A DNA stretch of 64,000 nucleotides from Candidatus Moraniibacteriota bacterium (lineage in GTDB: Bacteria > Patescibacteriota > Minisyncoccia > Moranbacterales > UBA2206): positions 75,690 through 139,689 of the forward strand of contig JBAQNM010000004.1 in assembly GCA_049303795.1 (NCBI GenBank), given 5' to 3'. The first letter of the stretch is position 1, and every line of letters begins with the position of its first letter. Under the pieces are notes generated by a model. The model was not told the DNA's origin and did no database searches. It worked only from the letters and a program-made list of their open reading frames with translations. Below are positions 9,054 through 18,024 of the stretch, one piece after another. A program made the translations under genes and the position numbers.

Positions 9054-10133
9054 CTACAAATATTTGCCACCTCTCTCCTTAAGTTCCATCACCGTTTTTT
9101 TCACATCTTGTGATCGAGATTTAGGGCAAATTAAAAGCGCGTCATCAGTATCAATAATCACTAAATCATCAATACCAATTGTCGCAATTAACTTATCATC
9201 TCTTCCATAAATAATACACCCGGAAGTGTCAATATTCAATCTCTCTCCACGCACTAAATTTCTACGCTCATCTGTTTTGGTTAACATATTTTCATGAAGC
9301 GTATCCCAGGCCCCAATATCTTTCCATTCAAATTCTCCTTGAATAATCAGCACATCAGTCGGATCCATCTTTTCCGCCATGGCATAATCAACAGAAATTT
9401 TCTCCATAGAAAGATAAACTTTTTTGATCTCTGCTTCCTCATTTCCCTTCTTCATGAGAATTGCAATTTTTTTTAATTTAGAAGATAATTCTGGAGCATA
9501 TTTTTCATACGCCTCCAAAAATTTCCTCGGAGTCCACATGTAATAATTGGCATGCCAGAGATAATTACCATTTTCAATATACTGTTTCGCAGTTGCAAAA
9601 TCCGGCTTTTCTTTGTGTGATAAAAATTCATAAAATTCCACACCGTTTTTTTCAAACTTTTTAGCACCAATCTTAGTATAACCGAGAGCAGTATTGGGAT
9701 TAGTTGGATAAATTGAAATGTCCAGCATTTTGCCAGTTTCTTTAATTACGGCTTCCGCCTCTCGAATAGAGTTGATAAAGCGATCATTTCTGCCAATATA
9801 ATGATCAGAAGGAATAAAAGCCATTGGCTCATCGGCATCAAGTAGGCCCAAAAAAGTTGCGGCATAACCCATCGCTGGCCCAGTATCGCGCCTGCCTGGT
9901 TCAATAATAATATTTTTCATTGGAAAATCCGGCACCAATTCACGCACCTGTACTAATAACTCGCTAGTTGTAGCGATATATATTTTTTCGCTTGGAAAAT
10001 CCTTGAAGCGCTCGAGAGTTTCCTCGAACATCGTTTTATCAGAAATTAATTTACAAAATTGCTTTGGCTTATCAGACCTACTCATTGGCCAAAGTCGTGA
10101 ACCTCCACCACCAGCTAGAATTACAATGCGCAT
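9054..10133 (-). CDS. Mannose-1-phosphate guanylyltransferase-like nucleotidyltransferase (ManC/CpsB N-terminal domain type)
   Basis: MRIVILAGGGGSRLWPMSRSDKPKQF sugar-nucleotidyltransferase signature. No C-terminal cupin domain. Confidence 0.75.
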   Translation of the reverse strand: MRIVILAGGGGSRLWPMSRSDKPKQFCKLISDKTMFEETLERFKDFPSEKIYIATTSELLVQVRELVPDFPMKNIIIEPGRRDTGPAMGYAATFLGLLDADEPMAFIPSDHYIGRNDRFINSIREAEAVIKETGKMLDISIYPTNPNTALGYTKIGAKKFEKNGVEFYEFLSHKEKPDFATAKQYIENGNYLWHANYYMWTPRKFLEAYEKYAPELSSKLKKIAILMKKGNEEAEIKKVYLSMEKISVDYAMAEKMDPTDVLIIQGEFEWKDIGAWDTLHENMLTKTDERRNLVRGERLNIDTSGCIIYGRDDKLIATIGIDDLVIIDTDDALLICPKSRSQDVKKTVMELKERGGKYL

Positions 10134-10231
10134 ATGGTTTTTAATTTAAAAATTTTAAACAAACCCCCTATTCCATTATTAAACCACATTGCCAAAAAAA
10201 AGAATAGTAGCTAATTTTATATTCTTAAATT

Positions 10232-10247
10232 TGGCTTTTAAAAGCCA
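10232..10247. promoter_or_regulatory. 16 bp perfect palindrome TGGCTTTTAAAAGCCA between divergent genes
   Basis: Seen directly in the divergent promoter region between the manC-like gene (minus) and secG (plus). Confidence 0.3.
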
Positions 10248-10276
10248 TAAATTACTAAAACAAGCCTCATTCTTGC

Positions 10277-10305
10277 TTGACTAAAGAATTTCCTCATGCT
10301 AATCT
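10277..10305 (+). promoter_or_regulatory. Candidate sigma70-type promoter for secG (TTGACT - 17 nt - TAATCT)
   Basis: TTGACT at 10277-10282, a 17 nt spacer, and TAATCT at 10300-10305, about 28 nt upstream of the secG ATG. Confidence 0.35.
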
Positions 10306-10332
10306 TTCAAGGTAACTAAAAGACAATAAATT

Positions 10333-10563
10333 ATGCTAAAAATAGTAAATGTTTTTGAAATTGTAATCGCTATCTTGCTCGCCATATCAATTCTTCTTCA
10401 AAACCGAGGAGCCGGACTATCTGGTACCTTTGGTGGTGGCTTCGAAGGTTATCACACTAAACGTGGTTTTGAAAAGTTTCTAGTCTATTTTTCTATTGTG
10501 CTATCTGCGGCATTTATTATTTTGGCCATAATTAATTTGATTTTGACTAATAAATTAAATTAA
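10333..10563 (+). CDS. secG: Preprotein translocase subunit SecG
   Basis: 76 aa, two TM helices, central LLQNRGAGLSGTFGGG signature. Confidence 0.8.
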   Translation: MLKIVNVFEIVIAILLAISILLQNRGAGLSGTFGGGFEGYHTKRGFEKFLVYFSIVLSAAFIILAIINLILTNKLN

Positions 10564-10615
10564 ACCTATTAGTAAACTTTCTGAAAAATGTAAGTGGTTT
10601 TCATCAAAATACTGG

Positions 10616-12274
10616 ATGAGATTGTATCGAGTTACAAGCCTCAAAGAAAAATTCCTGTTCTGTTTTTTGATACTTTTTTTTATTTCATCTCTTAGCTACT
10701 GGCTAGTCTCTTCTTATTACTCCAAAACTGAATCAATCGCTAATTTCGGAGGTGAATATATCGAAGGAAATATTGGCCAACCAGCACATATTAATCCCGT
10801 TCTATCGCTTTCTAATGATGTTGACTCCGATCTCAGCCTTATTATCTATAATGGGCTTCTTAAATATAACGATAAAGGTGCATTAATTAATGACTTAACA
10901 GAAAGTTATGAGATTAATGAGGATAAAACTGTCTACACTTTTCATTTGAAAAAAAATGTAACTTGGCATGATGGAGAGAAATTAACTGCTGATGATGTAT
11001 TTTTCACTTTCAATTTAATCTCCGATCCGGCTTATAAAAGCCCCTTGCGATCAATTTGGCAAGGTGTCAGCGCTAATATTGTTGATGAATACACAATTTC
11101 TTTCAAAACCAGTCCATATGTTGGATTCCTTAATAATGCTACTTTTGGAATCATGCCCAAGCATATTTGGGAACCTGTTAAGCCAGAAAATTTTGCCTTA
11201 ACAGAACTGAACCTGGAACCAATTGGAACGGGCCCTTTTAAATATACCTCCTTTCAAAAAGATTCTAAAGGTAATATTTTGTCATATAAGCTAGTTGCCA
11301 ATCCTAATTATTTTTATGGCAAGCCTTATCTTTCAAAAATTACCTTCAATTTCTACACTGAAGAAAGTGCTCTTTTGGATGCTTATAACCGCAAAGAAAT
11401 AATGGGCATTAATAGTGTGTCCTCTCAAAACATCTCTACAATAAAAAATCAAAAAAACACCTTTGTGCACGAATTAAATATTCCCAGATATTTTGCTGTT
11501 TTTATTAATCAAATAAAAAGTGTCCCACTGGCAGATGATAAGGTGCGAGAAGCTCTAAATTATGCTACTAACCGAGAAGAATTAATTAATCTTTTATTAG
11601 ATGGAAAGGGTACACCGGTCTATTCACCAATCCTTCCTGGCATGCTCGGTTATAGCCCTGATTTAGGTAAGGTCAATTATGATTCAGAAAAAGCCAAAAA
11701 ACTTCTAGATGAGGCTGGTTGGAAAACATCCGGAGATGGTATCAGAGTTAAAGATGATAAATTACTGGAAATAAATCTAGTTACCACAAATTGGGATGAA
11801 TTTAACAAGCTAGCTGAAATTCTAAAAGCACAATGGGAAAAAGTTGGCGTAAAAGTCAATATCAATAGCCCAACTGTTTCTGATGTTCAACAGAACTATA
11901 TTCGCCCAAGAGAATATGAAGCGCTTCTTTTTGGACAAAATATTGGTGCTGATCCAGACCCCTATTCTTTTTGGCATTTTAGCCAGGGAAAAGATCCTGG
12001 GCTCAACCTAGCTATTTTTGGTGATGATACAAGTGATAAACTAATTGAAGCTGGCCGCATGGAATTCGATCCTGAAAAAAGGGCTCAGAATTATGTGGAT
12101 TTTCAGAATATCTTAATTAAAGAAATACCAGCAATTTTTCTTTGCAGTCCAAAATATATTTATCCAGTTAATAAATCCATACAAGGCATGACCACGGAAA
12201 ATATTGCTTCTCCTGCCAAACGTTTTTCTAATATTGAAAAATGGTATATCAAAACCAAAAGAATTTGGAAATGA
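10616..12274 (+). CDS. ABC transporter substrate-binding protein, family 5 (peptide/nickel/oligosaccharide type), orphan
   Basis: N-terminal anchor helix, then SBP_bac_5-like region LIIYNGLLKYNDKGALINDLTESYEINEDKTVYTFHLKKNVTWHDGEKLTADDV. No permease or ATPase genes adjacent. Confidence 0.75.
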   Translation: MRLYRVTSLKEKFLFCFLILFFISSLSYWLVSSYYSKTESIANFGGEYIEGNIGQPAHINPVLSLSNDVDSDLSLIIYNGLLKYNDKGALINDLTESYEINEDKTVYTFHLKKNVTWHDGEKLTADDVFFTFNLISDPAYKSPLRSIWQGVSANIVDEYTISFKTSPYVGFLNNATFGIMPKHIWEPVKPENFALTELNLEPIGTGPFKYTSFQKDSKGNILSYKLVANPNYFYGKPYLSKITFNFYTEESALLDAYNRKEIMGINSVSSQNISTIKNQKNTFVHELNIPRYFAVFINQIKSVPLADDKVREALNYATNREELINLLLDGKGTPVYSPILPGMLGYSPDLGKVNYDSEKAKKLLDEAGWKTSGDGIRVKDDKLLEINLVTTNWDEFNKLAEILKAQWEKVGVKVNINSPTVSDVQQNYIRPREYEALLFGQNIGADPDPYSFWHFSQGKDPGLNLAIFGDDTSDKLIEAGRMEFDPEKRAQNYVDFQNILIKEIPAIFLCSPKYIYPVNKSIQGMTTENIASPAKRFSNIEKWYIKTKRIWK

Positions 12275-12359
12275 TACCAATCTAGAGCTTCTCTTTTTTG
12301 CACATATCTTTAATAAAAAATATTGTTTCTCTAATAATTTATATTAAAAAAATAAACAT

Positions 12360-12971
12360 ATGCAAAATAACTTTGATTTTGTACCTAAACATTATGCTGC
12401 ACGCGAACAAGCAGAGATAAAAGATGTGCTTATGAATCCAAATGGCACTGGACCAGCGATTCATTACTATATGATCCGTGGCGGAGTTGATCAAAAAAAT
12501 ATTACCGTTTGGGAGCCAGGTACTATTTCGGGAGAATATATAAAAACCTATGGACACTATCACGTCGGTGAATTAGAAGAAGATTATGAAATTCTTTTTG
12601 GGGAAGGCGTCGCACTTTTGCAAAAATTATCTATAGATAAAAACGGAAATATGCTTGCTAATTCAGTAGAAGAATTCCGAGCAATAATAGTTAAGCCAGG
12701 AGATAAAATTCATATGGCGCCTAGCTATGGCCACTTATTAGCCAACACTGGTTCAACTTATTTTGTCACCGTCGATAACAGTCCAGTTAATTTTGAAGAA
12801 GGAAAAAATTCAGCTGATTTTCCCGGACATGCCGATTATCAACTTGTCAAAGAAATGCATGGATTTGCTTATTATGTAGTTGAACATAAAGGAAAACCAG
12901 TGCTCAAAAAAAATCCAAACTATAAAGAAATACTAAAAGAAGATTTGGGTGGACTGCCAGTTATTGAATAA
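12360..12971 (+). CDS. Cupin-type glucose-6-phosphate isomerase (cPGI)
   Basis: TVWEPGTISGEYIKTYGHYHVGELEEDYEILFGEGVALLQ and GDKIHMAPSYGHLLANTG parallel the two metal-binding cupin motifs of archaeal-type PGI (TKGHFH...E... and PP.W.H...N). Confidence 0.65.
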   Translation: MQNNFDFVPKHYAAREQAEIKDVLMNPNGTGPAIHYYMIRGGVDQKNITVWEPGTISGEYIKTYGHYHVGELEEDYEILFGEGVALLQKLSIDKNGNMLANSVEEFRAIIVKPGDKIHMAPSYGHLLANTGSTYFVTVDNSPVNFEEGKNSADFPGHADYQLVKEMHGFAYYVVEHKGKPVLKKNPNYKEILKEDLGGLPVIE

Positions 12972-12986
12972 TGAAAAAATAAAAAA

Positions 12987-13361
12987 ATGTCTATTATCGA
13001 GAGTGAAAAAATATGTGAACGTCCCTGGGGAAAATTTGAAATACTCGTAACTGCCGAAAAATACCAAGTTAAAAGATTAACTATTTATCCCAATGGGATA
13101 TTAAGCCTTCAGTCACACAAACATCGATCAGAACATTGGATTATAGTGTGTGGCACGGCAAAAGTAACTAATGGTGAAAATGTAATTATTTTCAATCAAA
13201 ACGAAAGTACTTTCATTCCATTAGGAAGTATTCACCGATTAGAAAATCCGGGAAAACAAAATCTAGAGGTAATCGAAGTGCAAACCGGTGACTATTTGGG
13301 GGAGGATGACATTATACGCTATGAAGATATTTATAATCGAAAAACTGACAATTCTTTATAG
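12987..13361 (+). CDS. Stand-alone cupin domain of type II mannose-6-phosphate isomerase
   Basis: RPWGKFEIL...VKRLTIYPNGILSLQSHKHRSEHWIIVCGTAKV matches the C-terminal cupin of bifunctional ManC/PMI enzymes. Confidence 0.65.
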   Translation: MSIIESEKICERPWGKFEILVTAEKYQVKRLTIYPNGILSLQSHKHRSEHWIIVCGTAKVTNGENVIIFNQNESTFIPLGSIHRLENPGKQNLEVIEVQTGDYLGEDDIIRYEDIYNRKTDNSL

Positions 13362-13420
13362 ACTAGTCCAATGGAAGATTTGAAGAAAAAATTAGCCTAG
13401 CTATTTAAACTAAAAAATCC

Positions 13421-13456
13421 AAAAAAACAGTCCCGAGTAATTGGGACTGTTTTTTA
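13421..13456. terminator. Bidirectional Rho-independent terminator
   Basis: A-tract, then stem acagtccc (13427-13434) paired with gggactgt (13443-13450), then a T-tract. Lies between convergent genes. Confidence 0.6.
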
Positions 13457-13496
13457 ATTTATCATATAAGCAATTGCGATTTTTTAAAAAGCCATG

Positions 13497-14010
13497 TTAT
13501 CTTTCTTCCCAATTTCCAGGACTACAAACATTCGTTCTACAACTCGAACTACACGTTTCTGGACAACCACCATTATTTACCCCATTGTCACAATCCTCAA
13601 ATAAACCCTTTATTCCGTCACCACAAACATCACAGTTATTAAACGTGCAACCTGCGCTACAAGTTTTTGGACAAACTCCATTGTTAGCACCTTTATCACA
13701 TAATTCACCTAATTCTAAAATTCCATTACCACACACGGAACAAGTGTTGCTCGTGCAGCTTGTGCTACAAATCTTTGGACAAACTCCATTGTTAGCTCCG
13801 TTATCACAAGTTTCAACTCCTTCCAAAACTCCATTACCACAAGTGGCTCCACCACAAGTGTTACTTGTACAAGTTGCGCTACAAGTCTTTGGACAAACTC
13901 CATTGTTGGCACCATCGTCACAAATTTCAGAGCCCTCTATAATCCCATTGCCACAAGTAACGCTACTGCAATCTTCTGTTCCAGCGGTATATCCACATCC
14001 ATTCCAACAA
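13497..14010. repeat. Four tandem ~37 aa Cys-rich repeats (CGNG...CDxGxNNGxCPxxCS)
   Basis: Visible in the translation of the 3' end of the 13497-15605 gene. The Pro-rich + strand ORF 13441-14037 is the antisense frame of these repeats. Confidence 0.7.
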
Positions 14011-15605
14011 TCAAAACCAAGGCAAGCATTGCAATAAAAAGGAGTGCAACCACCACAACCATCACAACTTCTAACAGTAACAGCCCCACTGCAAGAACCG
14101 ATTACTGATGGATTAAGAGTATTCCAAACTTTAAAATTACAACTTCTCGTTTGATCATCTCCGGAATTATTATAATATAATGCTGTAGCGTCAAGACTCT
14201 GTTCTATTGGATATGTTAGACTGTTATAAAAATAAGCTGGTGAATCATATGTACATACTCGATCAGTACATTCAAACTTATTGCAGGTATATTTTATTCT
14301 GTTAGCATTCCAAGCAGACACCGAGGCATCAGCAATTTCTCCTGAGTTAACAATACTATCATTACTATCATAAGCACAAGTCGGGCCATCACCTATTTGA
14401 GGAGGCTCGTCTCCGCTTCTGACTGAAACTCCACCGCCACATGTGGCTGTTTTATTATTGAAAGTATTTTTAACAGTAATTGTACAACTTCTTGTTTTTA
14501 AACTGCCTGAGGTATTATAGTAATAAAATGTAGCGCTATTATCTGCAAGAGGTAATGTATATACGGGAGAATTGTAATCATAGTTATCTTCATAATAACA
14601 CGTACCTGATGTGCAATTGAAATCAGAGCAAGTCCAACTAACTTCTTGGGCATTACTGGTGGTCAAATGTGTTTGAGCTGTCTTTCCTGAATCAATAGTT
14701 CCATCAGTTGAATAAACACAACTTGGACCATCAGGTGGAGGCGGTGTCACTACTGCGCCACTATGAACATTCACATTTCCATTGCAAGTTCTCTTCACGC
14801 TACTATTGGCACTACTCCAAACTGTGAATTTACAATTTCTTGATAAATCTTTGCCTGAATCATTATTAAATATAATCGAATTAGTTATAGTTCCATCAGA
14901 TGGTATATCAGTATTACCAGAATATGAATAGCTTTCATCATCATTGCAGGTTCCACCTGAGCACCTAAAGTTTGAGCAAACCCAACTAACCTTATCAGCG
15001 TGTGTGGCTGAAAACATTACGGTAATTGCAGCTCCCGAATTAGTGTCATATGAATAATCATTACAACTTGGCTCTGGGAAAGAATCTGCACACTTACCTT
15101 CTGCACAAACTTTTCCCGAACCACAAGCATGAATATCCTCACTTAATTTTTTATCTGCTGAGCAATAATACTCTTTTACTGTATTAGTATCAACACAATT
15201 ATCCCAAGCAGAGTCTTTATACGGATTAAATTCTACATATCCCTGTGTTGAATAATCCTTGCTATCAGAATCTACACAAATCATATCACATCTACCTTCA
15301 CTTGCTTTACAATAAGCATCCTCATAAAAACTGGTACAACTGTTAACGCTCTGATCAAGAGCACCTCCGGTACAAAAATATTCTGTCAAGTTGTTTCCAA
15401 CACAATTATCCCAAGCATCGTCAGCCTTAGTAGGCGTTCCATTGAAATCAGTATTACCTTGAATGAATGGCTTATTTCCACCATCAGAGTCAGTGCAAAC
15501 TGCTTTTGCTGATCCAACAAGAAAAAAAACAGATACGATCAGGACAAGGAAACTAGCAATTAATTTTTTATTCATATTCATAAATTTATTTTTTATCAAG
15601 AACAA
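13497..15605 (-). CDS. Secreted cysteine-rich repeat protein (702 aa), cassette 2 large protein; C-terminus ...CSPGNWEER
   Basis: Signal peptide (MNKKLIASFLVLIVSVFFLVGSAKA). Repeats of the C.FTVW.sanp..gtC.G type are shared with the 748 aa protein. The C-terminal region has four CGNG..E.GE.CD.GANNGVCPKTCS repeats resembling the Myxococcus cysteine-rich repeat. Confidence 0.8.
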   Translation of the reverse strand: MFLIKNKFMNMNKKLIASFLVLIVSVFFLVGSAKAVCTDSDGGNKPFIQGNTDFNGTPTKADDAWDNCVGNNLTEYFCTGGALDQSVNSCTSFYEDAYCKASEGRCDMICVDSDSKDYSTQGYVEFNPYKDSAWDNCVDTNTVKEYYCSADKKLSEDIHACGSGKVCAEGKCADSFPEPSCNDYSYDTNSGAAITVMFSATHADKVSWVCSNFRCSGGTCNDDESYSYSGNTDIPSDGTITNSIIFNNDSGKDLSRNCKFTVWSSANSSVKRTCNGNVNVHSGAVVTPPPPDGPSCVYSTDGTIDSGKTAQTHLTTSNAQEVSWTCSDFNCTSGTCYYEDNYDYNSPVYTLPLADNSATFYYYNTSGSLKTRSCTITVKNTFNNKTATCGGGVSVRSGDEPPQIGDGPTCAYDSNDSIVNSGEIADASVSAWNANRIKYTCNKFECTDRVCTYDSPAYFYNSLTYPIEQSLDATALYYNNSGDDQTRSCNFKVWNTLNPSVIGSCSGAVTVRSCDGCGGCTPFYCNACLGFDCWNGCGYTAGTEDCSSVTCGNGIIEGSEICDDGANNGVCPKTCSATCTSNTCGGATCGNGVLEGVETCDNGANNGVCPKICSTSCTSNTCSVCGNGILELGELCDKGANNGVCPKTCSAGCTFNNCDVCGDGIKGLFEDCDNGVNNGGCPETCSSSCRTNVCSPGNWEER

Positions 15606-16032
15606 TGACTATACTTAACGCGTTTTTGGTTTGTTTATCATATTCAATCATAATTGTTTGCCCAATCTTCAAATCAGAAAGTCTGCCATCTTTTTTATCA
15701 GCATCCAAGCCAACAGTAACAGGGGTTACTGGTGAAACAAGACTTATATTATAAGATTCTATTTCTCTTGATATTTTCATCTCATCTCCAATCTTAATCT
15801 CTTTCGGTGGCCCAAGAACATCTATGGATTGCTCATGCATTTTTCTTAACTCACCCGTAATTATTTCTGTTCCAACGTCTACTGTTTTCTCTTGAATAAT
15901 TTTTTGATTTTCTTCTGTATATTTTTTTGAAACCAAAAAAGAAGCAAAATAAATAATTGTAATAAATATAATTATTCCAATCAAGATAACTAAGCTTTTT
16001 TTGTTTCTTTCTGTTTTTTTCTGTTTTTTCAT
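15586..16032 (-). CDS. Small membrane-anchored protein (148 aa), cassette 2 partner
   Basis: Lys-rich N-terminus plus TM helix. Motif LVSPVTPVTVGL...LSDLKIGQTIMIEY is shared with the 6373-6816 protein. Its 3' end overlaps the start of the large gene. Confidence 0.7.
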   Translation of the reverse strand: MKKQKKTERNKKSLVILIGIIIFITIIYFASFLVSKKYTEENQKIIQEKTVDVGTEIITGELRKMHEQSIDVLGPPKEIKIGDEMKISREIESYNISLVSPVTPVTVGLDADKKDGRLSDLKIGQTIMIEYDKQTKNALSIVIVLDKK

Positions 16033-16106
16033 TTTTTTGTTTTAAATTTTATTACTTAGAACGCAAAAGAAAAAATTAAGTTTTCTCTTTCATGTTTATA
16101 TTAATA

Positions 16107-16112
16107 TTATAC
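16107..16112 (-). promoter_or_regulatory. Candidate -10 (TATAAT, minus strand) upstream of cassette 2
   Basis: Revcomp of 16104-16115 is GGGGTATAATAT, about 75 nt upstream of the ATG at 16032. Confidence 0.3.
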
Positions 16113-16168
16113 CCCATTTCAAACAAATCAACAATACTAGCTTTAAAAAACTGTGGATAAATATATTT

Positions 16169-16212
16169 AAAAAAAACAGAAGTATGCTAATCATTCATAC
16201 TTCTGTTTTGCG
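16169..16212. terminator. Bidirectional Rho-independent terminator after cassette 3 large gene
   Basis: A-tract, then 10 bp stem cagaagtatg (16177-16186) paired with catacttctg (16196-16205), then a T-tract. Confidence 0.65.
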
Positions 16213-16240
16213 TTTTATTTAATTTCAAACCGAAAGAAAA

Positions 16241-17473
16241 TCATCTCTCCTCCCAATTTCCAGAATTGCAAGAACCACAATGTGTCGTCTGAGCAGCACA
16301 ATTAGCAATTTCGGCAGGCGAGCACACACCTGCTCCGCAAGTTTTAATACATCCTTTTGGTTTGTCTCCACAACCACACACTGCATCTACACAAGTTGCT
16401 GGCATGCATGGAGGTGGTGTTACGGTTGGTGTTGGAGTTGCAGATGGAGAAACAATTATTGTTCGACTATCACAATTTGACCAAACATTATTACTGTCTT
16501 TAACTTTGAAACCAACCACCCAGGTTCCTGGAGAAAAAATAATACTACTAGTGTTAGGAACGCTAGTGCCAATATATAAAGCAGTTCCGGTACAACTCCC
16601 ATTTTTATACCATCTATAGCCTGTAATAGTATCTCCGGAATCAACATCATTTCCTGTTCCGGTAAAATTAAAAGAAAGGGTGCTAATTGTTTTTGGATTG
16701 TCCAAGGAATCTGGAATTGTTATCAACGCTGTAGGTGCAGTATTGCTGCTACTTACACTAGTCACCTCACTCATCATATTCGAACAAGCAGCTCCATATG
16801 ATGCTGGGTCATTCAAATTAGTATTAGTCGAATCAATGCAAAACCACCCAACTGGGCATTTCGTCTCGCTAACAGGAGAAAGTAAACCACTAGGCTCAAT
16901 TCCACTTTGCCATACAGACCACCAAATTACACCATCAGAAGAAATATGCTTTTCACAAGAATCATAAATTGTTTCACGAGCACCATCAGAATTGACTCCG
17001 GTAGCTTTTCCACCTTGATTTGGATCATTACCGAAATCATTATCAGTTCCTGTCACACATAATCCTGAGCTATTCATATATTGATAAGCTTCAGGGCAAC
17101 AATCACTAAAAGTCCCTTCCTCACCTAAGCAATCTGAAACACTGAGACATTTATTCTCTCCATTACAAACTTTTCCAGATGGACAATCAGAGTCAACACA
17201 ACATTCAACGGTTGCTTGATATCCCTTATTGTTATACCAACTTCCAGCACAAGAAGAGCTCCATGCCACAGAATCACAAGTTGCTCCTGGAGCTGTGCAC
17301 CAGGCATCGCATTTTTGAATTTTTTTATTAACACAGGCAGACTCACTACTAACATATGAATCATCACCATCCCCTTGTATCAACGGATTTGCCAATACAT
17401 AATCAATACTAATGAAAAAAACAAAGGACAAAAGCGAAAAAATAACACCTGCAATTTTCATTTTTATTTTCAT
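16241..17473 (-). CDS. Secreted cysteine-rich protein (410 aa), cassette 3 large protein; C-terminus ...CNSGNWEER
   Basis: Signal peptide MKIKMKIAGVIFSLLSFVFFISIDYVLA. Cys-rich N-terminal half, an Ig-like middle region and a PT linker. The C-terminal Cys cluster ends in SGNWEER. Confidence 0.75.
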   Translation of the reverse strand: MKIKMKIAGVIFSLLSFVFFISIDYVLANPLIQGDGDDSYVSSESACVNKKIQKCDAWCTAPGATCDSVAWSSSCAGSWYNNKGYQATVECCVDSDCPSGKVCNGENKCLSVSDCLGEEGTFSDCCPEAYQYMNSSGLCVTGTDNDFGNDPNQGGKATGVNSDGARETIYDSCEKHISSDGVIWWSVWQSGIEPSGLLSPVSETKCPVGWFCIDSTNTNLNDPASYGAACSNMMSEVTSVSSSNTAPTALITIPDSLDNPKTISTLSFNFTGTGNDVDSGDTITGYRWYKNGSCTGTALYIGTSVPNTSSIIFSPGTWVVGFKVKDSNNVWSNCDSRTIIVSPSATPTPTVTPPPCMPATCVDAVCGCGDKPKGCIKTCGAGVCSPAEIANCAAQTTHCGSCNSGNWEER

Positions 17474-17573
17474 TTTATTTTTTTATCAACTATTTGTATT
17501 TATATTGTTAAATTTTTACAAAATATTTGATAGTTTTTATTTATTTTAAATTGACTAACAAAAAAATTATTTA

Positions 17574-18005
17574 TTATTCTTGTCCTACAATCACTTCCAA
17601 AACTTCATTATTTTGTTTATTGTAAGTTATTTTAACATCTTTATCCATAGAAAGCTGAAATAATCCGATTTCTATTTTTTGAACATCTTCATTATTTTCT
17701 ACTTCCTGAAAAAAATTAGCTCCTTCGGAGGGTACAATCAAATCTAATTCCTGACCATCAACGCTAACCACCTTAAGTATAGAGATGTCAATTGAAACGA
17801 TTTTGGCTAAAATATTTTCCATTTCAATGCTGGACTGATTATTCTCTTCTTGATTTGATTGAAATTGAGTTTGAATAGAATTATTTTTTGAATCACCAAA
17901 TAAATGTTGCCTTTTACTAATAACCAATACCGCTAAGATAAAGGCCAAAACACCCACTATTATGATTAAACTTGCTCGAGTATTTTTTTTATTTTTTTGT
18001 TTCAT
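17574..18005 (-). CDS. Small membrane-anchored protein (143 aa), cassette 3 partner
   Basis: Same architecture as 6373-6816 and 15586-16032 (Lys-rich N-terminus, one TM, ~100 aa C-terminal domain) and the same position upstream of a Cys-rich gene. Sequence is more diverged. Confidence 0.55.
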   Translation of the reverse strand: MKQKNKKNTRASLIIIVGVLAFILAVLVISKRQHLFGDSKNNSIQTQFQSNQEENNQSSIEMENILAKIVSIDISILKVVSVDGQELDLIVPSEGANFFQEVENNEDVQKIEIGLFQLSMDKDVKITYNKQNNEVLEVIVGQE

Positions 18006-18024
18006 TTATTTATTTAAAATTTTA

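Noticed and set aside
13441-14037. 198 aa + strand ORF with striking Pro/Gln-rich tandem repeats (FGQTPLLAPLSQ...)
   Set aside because: It is the antisense frame of the Cys-rich repeat region of the 13497-15605 gene. The repeat periodicity is inherited from the coding strand, and the minus-strand ORF is far longer and has a signal peptide.
16280-17370. + and - strand ORFs (66-95 aa) overlapping the 410 aa Cys-rich gene
   Set aside because: Alternative-frame shadows with no SD or signal features. The 410 aa frame has a signal peptide and a conserved C-terminus.
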